A stretch of 40,472 bases of DNA from a virus (taxonomy: Duplodnaviria > Caudoviricetes): IMG/VR virus record IMGVR_UViG_3300020044_003857, positions 1 through 40,472 of that record; one strand, given 5' to 3'. Within the stretch, counting starts at the first letter, position 1; the number at the start of each line of letters is the position of its first letter. Shown piece by piece: positions 16,130 through 26,600 of the stretch. The notes under the pieces are model-generated. The model worked only from the letters and a program-made list of their open reading frames with translations, had not been told where the DNA came from and made no database searches. Made by a program: the position numbers and the translations under genes.

Positions 16130-16539
16130 AGAACGCTACTTTTGCTAATAAAACCAAGGCCCGGATCGAAGCCCTTCCCGACGTTGCGGAAACCTTCCGG
16201 GCGCAGATCAATATTGATCTTGCTAAGACCGCACTGAAGGCAAACGTGTCACCGGGCAGTCTGTCCAATATCTTGGGCGTGACTAGGGCATCTGTGCATG
16301 GGTGGCTCAACGGCAAAAGGATCGGTCGTTCTAACGCTGTGGACGTTCTGCTTCTGACTATGGCTTTCAAGGAGGATCTTGCGAAGGGTATCCTGCCCAA
16401 GACTTCTAAAGAAGCACGGCAGTCGTATGAGTCGTTTTTTAGTTCGTCGGATTTTTTTGAAAAGACTCTGACTGAGAAGCTAGATATCTTAAAGGTATCT
16501 GACCTCAATTTGGAACGGTGGTTGTTGGGCAGGGACTAA
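16126..16539 (+). CDS. Cro/CI-like HTH protein
   Basis: SPGSLSNILGVTRASVHGWLNG HTH. Confidence 0.7.
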   Translation: MKNATFANKTKARIEALPDVAETFRAQINIDLAKTALKANVSPGSLSNILGVTRASVHGWLNGKRIGRSNAVDVLLLTMAFKEDLAKGILPKTSKEARQSYESFFSSSDFFEKTLTEKLDILKVSDLNLERWLLGRD

Positions 16540-16575
16540 CAATGTAGAGTGGCAATCCAGCCATGTGATCGGTAC

Positions 16576-16608
16576 GGGAGGGCGCAGAAATGTGTCCTCC
16601 CCTTTTTT
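16576..16608 (+). terminator. Intrinsic terminator immediately before the primase-helicase
   Basis: gggagggcgca-gaaa-tgtgtcctccc stem with GNRA loop, then ctttttt. Confidence 0.8.
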
Positions 16609-16619
16609 CGGAGCTAGAG

Positions 16620-19505
16620 GTGCGCGAGTTCTATCAGGCGGTGCTGCCAACGGTAGGGGACTATTTTGTAGTAACAATAGAAAAAGCCAACGGGAAAGGG
16701 ATAACAAGACAGAGGAAGGTTAAGGACGCTGAGGAACTGCTTGCCGCCATCGACGGCAGTAAAGAAAGAAATAACTACAATACTTATTATGCTGTTGGTG
16801 GTTTTGGCGACAAGAAGAAAACCAATTACGCCGGTAAAGAAGTAGACAGTCGGGCCGCAGATAACTGCCTGTATTTCCGTGCCTTCTATCTTGACCTAGA
16901 CTGCAAAGGGGACGACAAGTCCTACGCAGATAAGCAAGCGGCGCTGCTTGCACTCAAAGATTTCGTAAGCAAAACCAATTTACCTAAACCCGTACTTGTA
17001 GATTCAGGTAACGGTATTCACCCCTATTGGCCGCTTGATCGTGATATCGACAAGGCTGAGTGGGTAAGCACGGCTTCGGTGTTTAAGGATCTGTGTTCCA
17101 AGCTGGAATTTACTAATGATCCGACGGTGGTCGCTGATGCTGCCCGCATCATGCGTTGCCCTGATACTAATAACTGGAATACAGAAGATGGTACGCCGCG
17201 CCGCACCAAACTACTGACCCCAATCAAGACATTTAACTACGAGGAAATTAAGCAAAAGATTCTTGACGCCGCTGAACAGGCTGGTGTCAGCAAGCCCGCT
17301 TTCGACTTCACCGGATACATCCGGGTACAGGAAGATGATGAGGAGCTTCAGGAATATGTCCGGGCGAAATACGAAAATTACGAAACTAAATTCCGTAAGA
17401 TCCTCATGCTTAAGGATGAGGGCTGCGCTCAGATAAATCATATTGTGGCTAACCAAGCCACGATGGATGAGCCGAGGTGGCGGGCGGTGCTGTCAATTGC
17501 ACAGGTGTGTGATGACCGCAGTAAAGCGATTCACCTTATCAGTAAGAATCATCCTGAGTATGACTACGACGAAACGGAACGGAAAGCCCATGCCACTAGA
17601 GGCCCCTACCGGTGTGAAACCTTCGAGAGTATCGACGCGGGTAAATGTGAGGGTTGCATCCACAAAGGTCGGTTTTCCAGTCCTATAGAGTTAGGACGGC
17701 AGCTTAAAGAACCGCAGCCGGTAGTAGATGAGCAGGGTCAGGTGGTTAAGGAACGCGAAGCGTTTCCTCCTGAGCTTTACCCGTTTGTCCGTGGTCCCAA
17801 TGGTGGCATCTTCTTTCAGCCTCCCCCTGAGTATGATAAGGATACTAAGAAAAAAATAGCAGCGGAACCTTACCTAGTCTATCCATACGACATTGAAATC
17901 TACGACCGGCTGTACTCTAAACATTCCGGTGAGAACATAGCCCTTAACATCCACCTGCCGCTGGACCCTGTAAGAGAGTTCTATGTTCCGCTGAGTGTGA
18001 CCAATGCCGGCGAAAGATTCAAAGAGGCTATGTCATCCAAAGGTGTGGTGGTTGCTAATAAAAATTACTGGGAACATCTTATGTCTTACACGAACAAATG
18101 GGCTGCGTATTTGCAGTCCGTTAAGAGACTTAGTGTGCTACGTGACCAATTGGGCTGGTCAGAAGACGGCGAGTCTTTTGCTTTGGGGAATACAGAATAC
18201 TTTAGGGACGGGACAGAACGCCCCTGCCCGCCATCCGATAGCACTAGGAAGATTGCTAAATACTTTCACCCCAGTGGCGATTTTAAAACTTGGAAGAAAG
18301 CTTTTAATCAGTTTGCAAAGCCGGGGTTTGAGAACCACGCGATATTCGCATTGTCAGGATTTAACAGCCCGCTGATGCGGTTAGCCAATATTCACGGCAT
18401 CACCCTAGTTGCATACGGTGAGCTTGCTGGTACTGGAAAGACTATCTCCATCAAAGGCGCACTGTCAATTTGGGGTGATCCCACCGAACAGTTAGTTACA
18501 TCGACTACAGAGAACGCCCGTATTCAGAGGATGTCGGTACTCAACTCCCTGCCTTATGGCAGTGACGAACAAACGAACATCATGCCTGAGGCGCTTTCTA
18601 ATTTTATCTATGCCGGCTCTCTTGGGTCGAACAAAGTACGCATGAATGCGTCAAGTAATACGGAGAGGGAGGATCTGCCCATCTTCCATACGCATAGCAT
18701 GATGAGTACGAACGAAGATTTTTATCAGAAGCTTAAGAGTCACCGGGCTGATCCTGAAGGTGAGTTCGCCCGCTGTATTCAGATAGAGTTTCACATGCCT
18801 CCGACCATGAGTACCGATTGGGCTAGGGAACATCTTGAACCCCTCAATGCCAATTGCGGACATGCTGGAATCACTTTTATTAAGTATGTAGTCTGCAATG
18901 TCGAGGCTATTAAAAAGCGTATCGAAGAAAACTGCCGCCGGTTTAGTAAGGACTTCGATGCTCAATCTAAGCACCGCTATTGGGTTAACTGGGTGGGGAC
19001 ATGGTTAACAGGTTCAGAGATATCAAAAATGCTCGGCCTGCATGACTATGACATTGAGCATACGTACCGGTATCTGCTTAAGAAACTTCGGGCTATTGAG
19101 CTTGAGAACGCGGGCAAGATCGGGGAAGCCTCTGATGTTCTTCAGGCATTTATCTACAGCAATACAAGCAACATGCTGGTCGTGGATTCGACCGCAGACT
19201 TGAGGAAGACCCCGAGTTATATCCCGGCTCGTATTCCGCTAAGTTTCAAGGGGCTGGTAATGCGGGTAGAACCTGATGCGGATCGTCTGTATGTTATTCA
19301 GTCCGCGCTGCTTGAATACCTCAAGGAGAAAAAGTTTAGTTCTAAGAGGTTTGAAGAATCCCTGCTTGCCAGTAATACCATGCTAGGTCCACCGAAAAAA
19401 GTACGCATCGCCCGTGCATGGGGTAGCGCCCCTCAGACTCCTGTGACCGCTTATACATTCAATATCAAAGTGGATATAAATAACGTTAACGATGATACGG
19501 AGTGA
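16620..19505 (+). CDS. Primase-helicase (AEP/RepB-like primase + DUF927-type helicase)
   Basis: FYLDLD and VDSGNGIHPYW primase motifs; Cys-rich PriCT/Zn region; Walker A GELAGTGKT; DEQT; start reassigned to GTG 16620 after GGAG. Confidence 0.9.
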   Translation: MREFYQAVLPTVGDYFVVTIEKANGKGITRQRKVKDAEELLAAIDGSKERNNYNTYYAVGGFGDKKKTNYAGKEVDSRAADNCLYFRAFYLDLDCKGDDKSYADKQAALLALKDFVSKTNLPKPVLVDSGNGIHPYWPLDRDIDKAEWVSTASVFKDLCSKLEFTNDPTVVADAARIMRCPDTNNWNTEDGTPRRTKLLTPIKTFNYEEIKQKILDAAEQAGVSKPAFDFTGYIRVQEDDEELQEYVRAKYENYETKFRKILMLKDEGCAQINHIVANQATMDEPRWRAVLSIAQVCDDRSKAIHLISKNHPEYDYDETERKAHATRGPYRCETFESIDAGKCEGCIHKGRFSSPIELGRQLKEPQPVVDEQGQVVKEREAFPPELYPFVRGPNGGIFFQPPPEYDKDTKKKIAAEPYLVYPYDIEIYDRLYSKHSGENIALNIHLPLDPVREFYVPLSVTNAGERFKEAMSSKGVVVANKNYWEHLMSYTNKWAAYLQSVKRLSVLRDQLGWSEDGESFALGNTEYFRDGTERPCPPSDSTRKIAKYFHPSGDFKTWKKAFNQFAKPGFENHAIFALSGFNSPLMRLANIHGITLVAYGELAGTGKTISIKGALSIWGDPTEQLVTSTTENARIQRMSVLNSLPYGSDEQTNIMPEALSNFIYAGSLGSNKVRMNASSNTEREDLPIFHTHSMMSTNEDFYQKLKSHRADPEGEFARCIQIEFHMPPTMSTDWAREHLEPLNANCGHAGITFIKYVVCNVEAIKKRIEENCRRFSKDFDAQSKHRYWVNWVGTWLTGSEISKMLGLHDYDIEHTYRYLLKKLRAIELENAGKIGEASDVLQAFIYSNTSNMLVVDSTADLRKTPSYIPARIPLSFKGLVMRVEPDADRLYVIQSALLEYLKEKKFSSKRFEESLLASNTMLGPPKKVRIARAWGSAPQTPVTAYTFNIKVDINNVNDDTE

Positions 19506-19724
19506 GTGGCTATAATGTTCGCGGAGCCTGAATGGGCATTCCCATTCATGGGAATGGAACCGGGGGATTCTTTTTGTATACCGACCAATAACCCGGACTA
19601 CATGAAGCAAGCAATAAAGAAAGCCGCTAAGAACTATGGCATTGATGTGCTTGTTAGAACACGGGTAGAAGAAGGCGTCCTTGTAGTCCGGTGCTGGTTA
19701 GTAAAGAGTAACGACGATGAATGA
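19506..19724 (+). CDS. Small putative DNA-binding protein
   Basis: FPFMGMEPGDSF...VRCW motif typical of small phage proteins downstream of primases; start may be ATG 19515. Confidence 0.75.
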   Translation: MAIMFAEPEWAFPFMGMEPGDSFCIPTNNPDYMKQAIKKAAKNYGIDVLVRTRVEEGVLVVRCWLVKSNDDE

Positions 19725-19929
19725 ACGAATGCTAGAGCGCGTGGAAGAAAACATGCGCGAGCTTATTGAACAACAAGCGAAAACAATCGGGAGATGGCCG
19801 AGACTGGATCGCTGTGGTAGCTGCCACTATTGCAGTGAGGCGGTCAAAGGCGATAAGTTATTTTGCGGGTCGGATTGCGCGGCTGATTATGAGTACGAAC
19901 AGAAGACCCTTAAAGCACAAGGCCGCTAA
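19717..19929 (+). CDS. Zinc-ribbon protein
   Basis: CHYC...FCGSDC. Confidence 0.8.
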   Translation: MNERMLERVEENMRELIEQQAKTIGRWPRLDRCGSCHYCSEAVKGDKLFCGSDCAADYEYEQKTLKAQGR

Positions 19930-20419
19930 GGTAACTAGCATTGTTAGCAGAGAAGAAGCCAAGGCATTAAAGGTTTCTTATTATTTCACTGGCAAACCTT
20001 GCAACCGGGGGCATCTATCCCCGAGGAATGTCAGTAACCGAGCGTGTGTAGATTGTTTGCTGATATGGAGAAATGCAAACCCGCACGCTCATAGGAAAAG
20101 CTCCGCGAACTGGAAGAAGAACAACGCGGGGCATAACAGTGCGATCATGGCAAAAAGGCGGGCCGATAAACTTCAGCGAACACCCGCTTGGATGACTAAA
20201 GAACAGCTAGCCGCTATCGACAAACTATACAAACAGGCGGTATGGCTGACAAAAATAACCGGGGTTAAGTGGCATGTAGACCATATCGTGCCACTCAAAG
20301 GCAAGAACGTATCCGGACTTCATATCCCCGACAATCTTCAAGTTATCCCGGCATTGGAGAACATAAAGAAGGGGAATAGACTAGCTACTCTCAAGCGGGC
20401 CGCTAGACGTAAGAAGTGA
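19889..20419 (+). CDS. HNH homing endonuclease (start uncertain)
   Basis: YFTGKPC.RGH...R......CVDC Zn module; HVDHIVPL...GLH..NLQ...EN..K HNH. Confidence 0.85.
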   Translation: MSTNRRPLKHKAAKVTSIVSREEAKALKVSYYFTGKPCNRGHLSPRNVSNRACVDCLLIWRNANPHAHRKSSANWKKNNAGHNSAIMAKRRADKLQRTPAWMTKEQLAAIDKLYKQAVWLTKITGVKWHVDHIVPLKGKNVSGLHIPDNLQVIPALENIKKGNRLATLKRAARRKK

Positions 20420-20671
20420 GATGGTCTTCACCATCGACGCTGGAATCTCAGTGACATGGGCATGCGCCCCATCCGTCAGAGTCGTTACTAGCTGGACCCA
20501 CTCTTCATCTTGGTGAACAAGAAAACCCATTGATGCACATAGGTGCAGCCCCTTCTTCTTAGGGGGCATGGGCTTATCTCCGTCCTGCCAATGCGAAGTC
20601 GTGCTAAACGCGGCATCCACCCAAGTGACAAGCACCATCGGGATGTCTTTGCTCTTCCGTCGGATCACCAT
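20381..20671 (-). CDS. Conserved small phage protein
   Basis: V.W.DA...C.S.GFL....IP..MV pattern; last gene of the minus arm. Confidence 0.8.
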   Translation of the reverse strand: MVIRRKSKDIPMVLVTWVDAAFSTTSHWQDGDKPMPPKKKGLHLCASMGFLVHQDEEWVQLVTTLTDGAHAHVTEIPASMVKTISLLTSSGPLESS

Positions 20672-20687
20672 AAACCATCGCTTTTAG

Positions 20688-23600
20688 CTAGTCCGCGAGC
20701 ATCCACTGGGACTCTTCCATTATTGATCGCATTGCTTGTTTTTGACGGATGCGATTGTCGTCAAGCCTCTCTTTACGCGCTCTCTCATTTAGCCCTGATT
20801 TCGGGGATCTAATAAAGTTTGATTCTTTGTAAAGCGGGTCGAGTCTGTTTTTAACTGCGTTGTTATAATATTTTACAGCCGATTCATGGCCCGGATTCTT
20901 TTCTAAATATTGCGCGTAGACTTCGGGATCACGTTTCTTGAACGTGTTAACGGCGTTTTCAATGCGCTTCATCTCGGTTGAAAATTCTTGAAACCGTTTA
21001 TTGTCTTTAGAAGCTTCGGTACCGATAAACCCTTTGACGCCCGGAATGTCTCTTGCAGTAAGTTCCTTATCACCTTTGGCGGTCCTAATCAGACCATCAA
21101 CATCTGACATAACCCCACTGAGTCCGCTAACATAGTTGCTCAGGATGTGGTGAACAAAACGCGGCGACAAGTCTACTTCGTACTTCCGGTACATATCTTT
21201 TGTAAAATCCTCAATCCAGTCGGGGATGTCCCTGCCAGTAACGTAAGCTTGTGCGTAACGGGACGGACCCTCTCTAAAGATAGGCATCTCTAAAGAGTTC
21301 ATATTGAAGGCGGTCTGTCCTATTGGCCTGAGCGTAGAGGGCAAGATACTATCAACTAAGAATGACGCAAAGTTCTTGACACTCTTCAAGGGGTCGATCT
21401 GCGATACGGGCAAGGGCAAGAAAGATTCTCTAAGGATCTTCTGAGTATTGTTAACGTATTCCAACCAAGTTTGCGAACCGCTGGCAGCTTTGGCAGCTTG
21501 ATACCCCACTGCGGCAAAACCACCAATACCGTAACTCCAAGGAATTTGGACTGGGTTTTCCATGCCCGGAATGTAGATACGCAACCTACGGACGGACCTG
21601 TCTCCGTCATCTTCTTGTACTCGGTTACGTCCTTCCTCGTCATCGTCAGAAAGTTCTCTAGTCAAAAAGAACAGGCTAGCGCCCAGTCCTGCTGCAAACA
21701 CAGCGGTTTGTTTTCCATACTTTCCACGGGTGATAGAGTCAATCGCTCTTGTTGCGCCGATTGCACTAGGACGGAAGAATGTATACGCCGCGCCCAGTCC
21801 CCGCCCCCAATCCCCTGATCGTTCAAAGTTAGCAAGTTCTTTTGAATTCACCGCAGCTTTATTTGGCGGGAGGCCCTGTGCTTTAAACACGCGATAGGCG
21901 GCAACCCGAGTGGTGATGTCAAGTGAATCAGTTATCAGACCGATAACATCGTCAATGGCGCGACCCGACACGGTAAGCGGGTTTCTAGACAGGCGGCTTT
22001 CAAGTTGTTCAAGCTGGCTCTTGGAACTAAATCCAGAACTAAAACTAATCTTGCCACCTTGCTCAAGCCATTCCAGTGCATCGGCATACCATGAACCGGG
22101 CTTTTCAGCTAATTTCCGAATCTCATCAATGCGGCCCGTGTTATACAAATGGGCGAGTCTTGCCGACTTAGCAAACCCTTTCGTGGCTACAACGTCATAC
22201 GCCATTCGCCCAATATATTTGGCACCAGCGACAGGGCTGTCGGCGCTAATGTTAAACCAGTTAGTAATAACATCATAAAAGAACCCAACCGGCCACCACG
22301 ATGGGTTATAGCGGGTCATGAACGAACCCTGAAGTCTCGTAGCGGTGCTACTAGCCGAAAGAACACCTTCAACAAACGGGTGCAGTTTTGTATATGTGCC
22401 CCGGATAGACGTAGCTAGTTTAGTATTTTTAATCTCTATCGCATGAAGGTCGCCGTTGTCGGCGTAGTGATAGATGACGTTATCTTCCCGTGGCGGGTTA
22501 GCATCCTTGAGAACACGGTCTTGGTAAGAGATGGTTTTAATATCCCCTTCCACTTGCCCATTCTTCACCAAGTTATACACAGCCTTAGTTACATCCCCCT
22601 GAGGTACACGGGCTGCGGCTTTAACCGATTCGGCAAAAGAACGAAGAAGCACATTTTCAGGAGCGGAGATACGACCCTGCGTGGCTTTCTCTACTTGGGC
22701 CATCTCACCACTGACGTTAGTTACGTCATAATAGTTTGAGGCTTCGTCAGATTTTTCTGACTCCGGAGCGCCACGGAACGGAACATAGTGTTTCCAGCCC
22801 CGAGCATTGATGAGGTTCTGAAGTCCTTGGCTACCGTAGTTAGCCTTACGGTTCAGGTCAATCGTGACTTTGTTCAGTTCCTGCTGGGTCTTCTCAGCAA
22901 GTTTATACAGTTTGGCAAGTTCAGGGTCTTCTTTAAACTGGTCCTTAAACTGCCCAAGGATATTGGCAGCTTCCTCGCTAGACAGCCTACCGTCTACGCC
23001 GTTCTTATCCTTCATACCCGTGACAGAAAATTCGTCACTACTAATATCTTTTTCTTGGGCAACCCTGTCATCGCGGACAAGCTCCACCCACTCATCGTAA
23101 AGCTTACGGGCTTCTTTTACACTAAGCTTGTTATCCTTTGACAACGCCTCACGGATGTTGTACCGACGCACTTCGTTGTGTGGCTCAAGGCTGACGGTGC
23201 GAATAAACTTATCGAGCCTGCGCTCAGGCTCATGCAGAACCGTGAAGTAACTGTTAAGAGAATCGAACACCTGCTTAACGTCGCTACCTTCACGCTTAGC
23301 AATCGCATCGACAATCTTGTACTGAAGGTCTTGTAGAGGCTTGACCCTATCCATAACAAGGAAAGTAGTCCTACCGGAAGACGCAGTAAGCGCAGAATCG
23401 ACCGCGTTGAAAGCCTTGTCAGCAGTGTCAAAAACGAGCTTGCCAGCTTGGGCAAGTTTGTACTCAAGGTCGGTTACGATCCGACGCGAGTCCGCAAGCT
23501 TACGGATGACTAAACCTGTCTTACCCTCGGTAAGATTGATAACATTACTAATAGCAGCTTGCTTTTCTGCGGCTAGTTTTTCTTTCTTCTTTTGCAGACC

Positions 23601-26600
23601 TTCTTGGCGTTTACTCAGCTTCTTAGGTTCACGGACCGGACGCCCAATCTCTATATCCTTTCCAGCAATACGGAAGGTACGCGCCTTTTTCTCAGGTGCG
23701 TAAGAGACTTCTTTACCTTTAACCTTCGCAGTGGGGGTAGAAAGAAGCGACTCAATCTCGCTGACGGATCTGAGGAAGAGGCTGTTTTGTTCAGCGATTG
23801 GGATGTTAAGAAGCTTTGCAACCGTCCGCGCAAAACTACCAAGGAACGTAAACGGCTTCGTCGGAACTTTGACTTGACGCATCTGAGCCTGAAGCTCAGG
23901 GTTACTCATTACCTCAGCAGCAAACTCTTTCAGAGGTCCAATATCAAAGTCCGCACCGAACTTATCAACCGCAAGTTTATGAAGAGCCTTAAGCTCCTCT
24001 AGTGCCCGCTTCTGGTTAGCGTTAAGTTTACCGGGGTTGTCGATGGCGTGGTCAATGTAGGCATGGACTGCCTCATGCAGCAGAACATCTTCAGTAACTT
24101 TATCTTTGTCTAGAGTAATAGTATTAGTCTTCGGGTCGAACTTACCAGCGCGACCATCTTCTACTTTTCCAAACACTACGCGGGGAGGGGTACCAATCCC
24201 TGACAACAACTCCGCAATAGCACCGCGAACGGCTTTACCACCGCTGCGCGTACCTTCATAACTTTCAGAAACACCCTTAAGCATCTCTTGCAAGTTAAGT
24301 TCTGTTTCCGGTTTTACTTCCCGTTCCTCACCCCTACGGGCTTCCAATCCAGCATCAGAGGTTAGGCGTCCCGCTGCTTTATCAGCAGCGGCTACATTTT
24401 CTTTTACCTTACCCACAGCCTCATTGAGCTTTTTAGTGGCATCAGGTCCAAGGGCCTTCTCTACGTAGACCCGTGCAGACTTTGAAAGCTTTTTCTGCTT
24501 AGCGCCAACGGAAGACGGTTGCGCCAACTCATAGGCGAGGTACCGGAAAACATCTTTAATAGTGGCACTAGGATTGACCTTCTGCACACCAGCGGCGTAG
24601 GCATGGATGGCTTGCTCTTCAACGGTTCGTTGCGAACCGGGCTTGCTCATCACATCGTTAAGCTTACGGGTAGCCCTGTAGTAGTCGAGGTCAAGCTCGG
24701 GTACTTGATTGAGGTTTACACCTCGCGCAGACTTAGCCACCTCCTGTGATCCGGCAGAGGGGGCGGATCTAGGAATAGAAAAAGTTTTAAGGGCCTCATC
24801 CGACTCGCGCTGCTCACGCTCTATCCGCTGCGCCTTAGTTTCACGCTTGGGTTTTATAGGAGCGGGTTCGACCGGAGCCTCAACCTTAACTTCAGGAGTA
24901 GGCTCAACTTTCTCTTCAGCAACGGGAGCTTTCTCTTCAACTACGGGAGCCTCTTCGGTCTTAACCTCAGGGGCAGGCTCGACTGGAGCCTCGGCTTTAA
25001 CTTCAGGGGCCTCTTCAACTTTAGCAGCGGGCTGCTCCTGAATTACTCCCTTACCTTCAAAAGCTTGGGCAAAAGCATCAGATGCTTGCTGTTCCGGTGC
25101 CCGTGCGGCAATAATCTTGTCAATAAGACTTCTAGCGCCCATCGCGCCATTTGCCGAATCTGCCCTTGTGCTAGGCGTAAGCCCTTCGTTAATAAAGTTT
25201 AGCGTCTGCGCGTATTCTTCGTTGACAATAGGAACGTCACTACGACCCCGCATGTCCCCCAAAGTTCTGTCAAGTTCTTGGGCAGCTTCTTTAAATTCCG
25301 GTACACCGTAGTAGCTAGCGATCTGTTGCTCAGATCCTTTGTTGATCCAGCCGTCTTCTCCGATTCCAAAGATCGGATACCACTTACCTGCCTCGACGCC
25401 CTTCTTGCCCGCCTGTCCACTACTAAGGTAAAACGGAACTCTTTGTCCGTTAACATCCACAACAGTGATGTAGCGATCATAGTAGTTAACTACGGGTGAT
25501 GCGGTTTCTCCCCAAATAGCATTACCGGATTCATCTTTAGCTACACCGCCATCAGCACCACGGCGAGGACGCAATACTGGAATCGGAAATGCATTCAGTG
25601 AACCAAACTTCGTTCCTTCTCCTGTAGGAGAAACTGCAACATCGCTGACAGGCTGAGCCATTCCAGCGGATGCAGGTGTTTCAACCGCGCTGGCACCGGG
25701 CATCCCCGTGGGGCCTCCAGCCACTGCCACGCTAGACTGATCTCTTCCATCGAGAGGGGCTGATGGTCGGATTCCTGCCGCATCTTGTTCCGCCTTATCT
25801 AGAAAGTCTTTTATTGCTGTGACGCGATCAACGTCAGAACCTTCTTCAGGAGTTATCAGCCCCGTTTTTGCAAGTGTTTCTCCCGGCTTGGGAGCGGGGC
25901 GAGGCTGAATAGTAGGACGCGCAGTGGTTTCGTCAACCCCTTCCTCAGGAGCGCCCCCCTGCGGGATGATTCTATTTACTTCAGCTTCCAGCCCTTCGGC
26001 GGCGGGTCCAGCCCTACCCGGAAATACAGCACCTGCTACTGCACCAGCACCGCCACCAAGGGCAGTAGACTCACCAATCGTGCGACCGACGTTACGGGTA
26101 AGAGGCGCTTCAGCGGCGATATTCTGCCCAACCTGTCCGGTAGTTGCTCCAGCGGTTTCGCCCGCAGCTTCGCCTAAGCCGGTAGTAGCAGCGCTTTTAG
26201 CACGGCCAGCAGGGGCACCGCCGAAGATTGTTTTCTCTATACCCGGAAGAACCTTAGATGCGCCAAAGGTTACCCCCGCCGTAGCACCCGCCACTGCACG
26301 GGCACGGGTGAGAGCAGTTTTCTGAGCTTGGGCTTTAGCTTCGGCTTCTGGTACGCCTGACTTTACGAGTTTTGTAAATTCGTTTTTAAATACTTCGTCG
26401 TAGGTTTCTTTACCCGAAGAAGCGCCTTCTTGTATAGCGCCTTGACCCAAAGCGACATTAGTGCCAACTTTTTGGGCAGAGGCTTTAGCGGCGGCGGTTC
26501 TAGCGGCGGCTTCAGCGCCTTCTTTCGCAGCTTGCTTGCCAACGGCACCGAGTCCAAGTTTCCCTACAAAGGTGGCATATGCCGTAGCGCCACCCGTCAA

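Noticed and set aside
16590-16619. ATG 16590 as the primase start
   Set aside because: It lies inside the terminator hairpin; GTG 16620 has a properly spaced GGAG.
19766-19888. 5' extension of the HNH ORF
   Set aside because: It fully overlaps the Zn-ribbon gene in another frame and has no recognisable motif.
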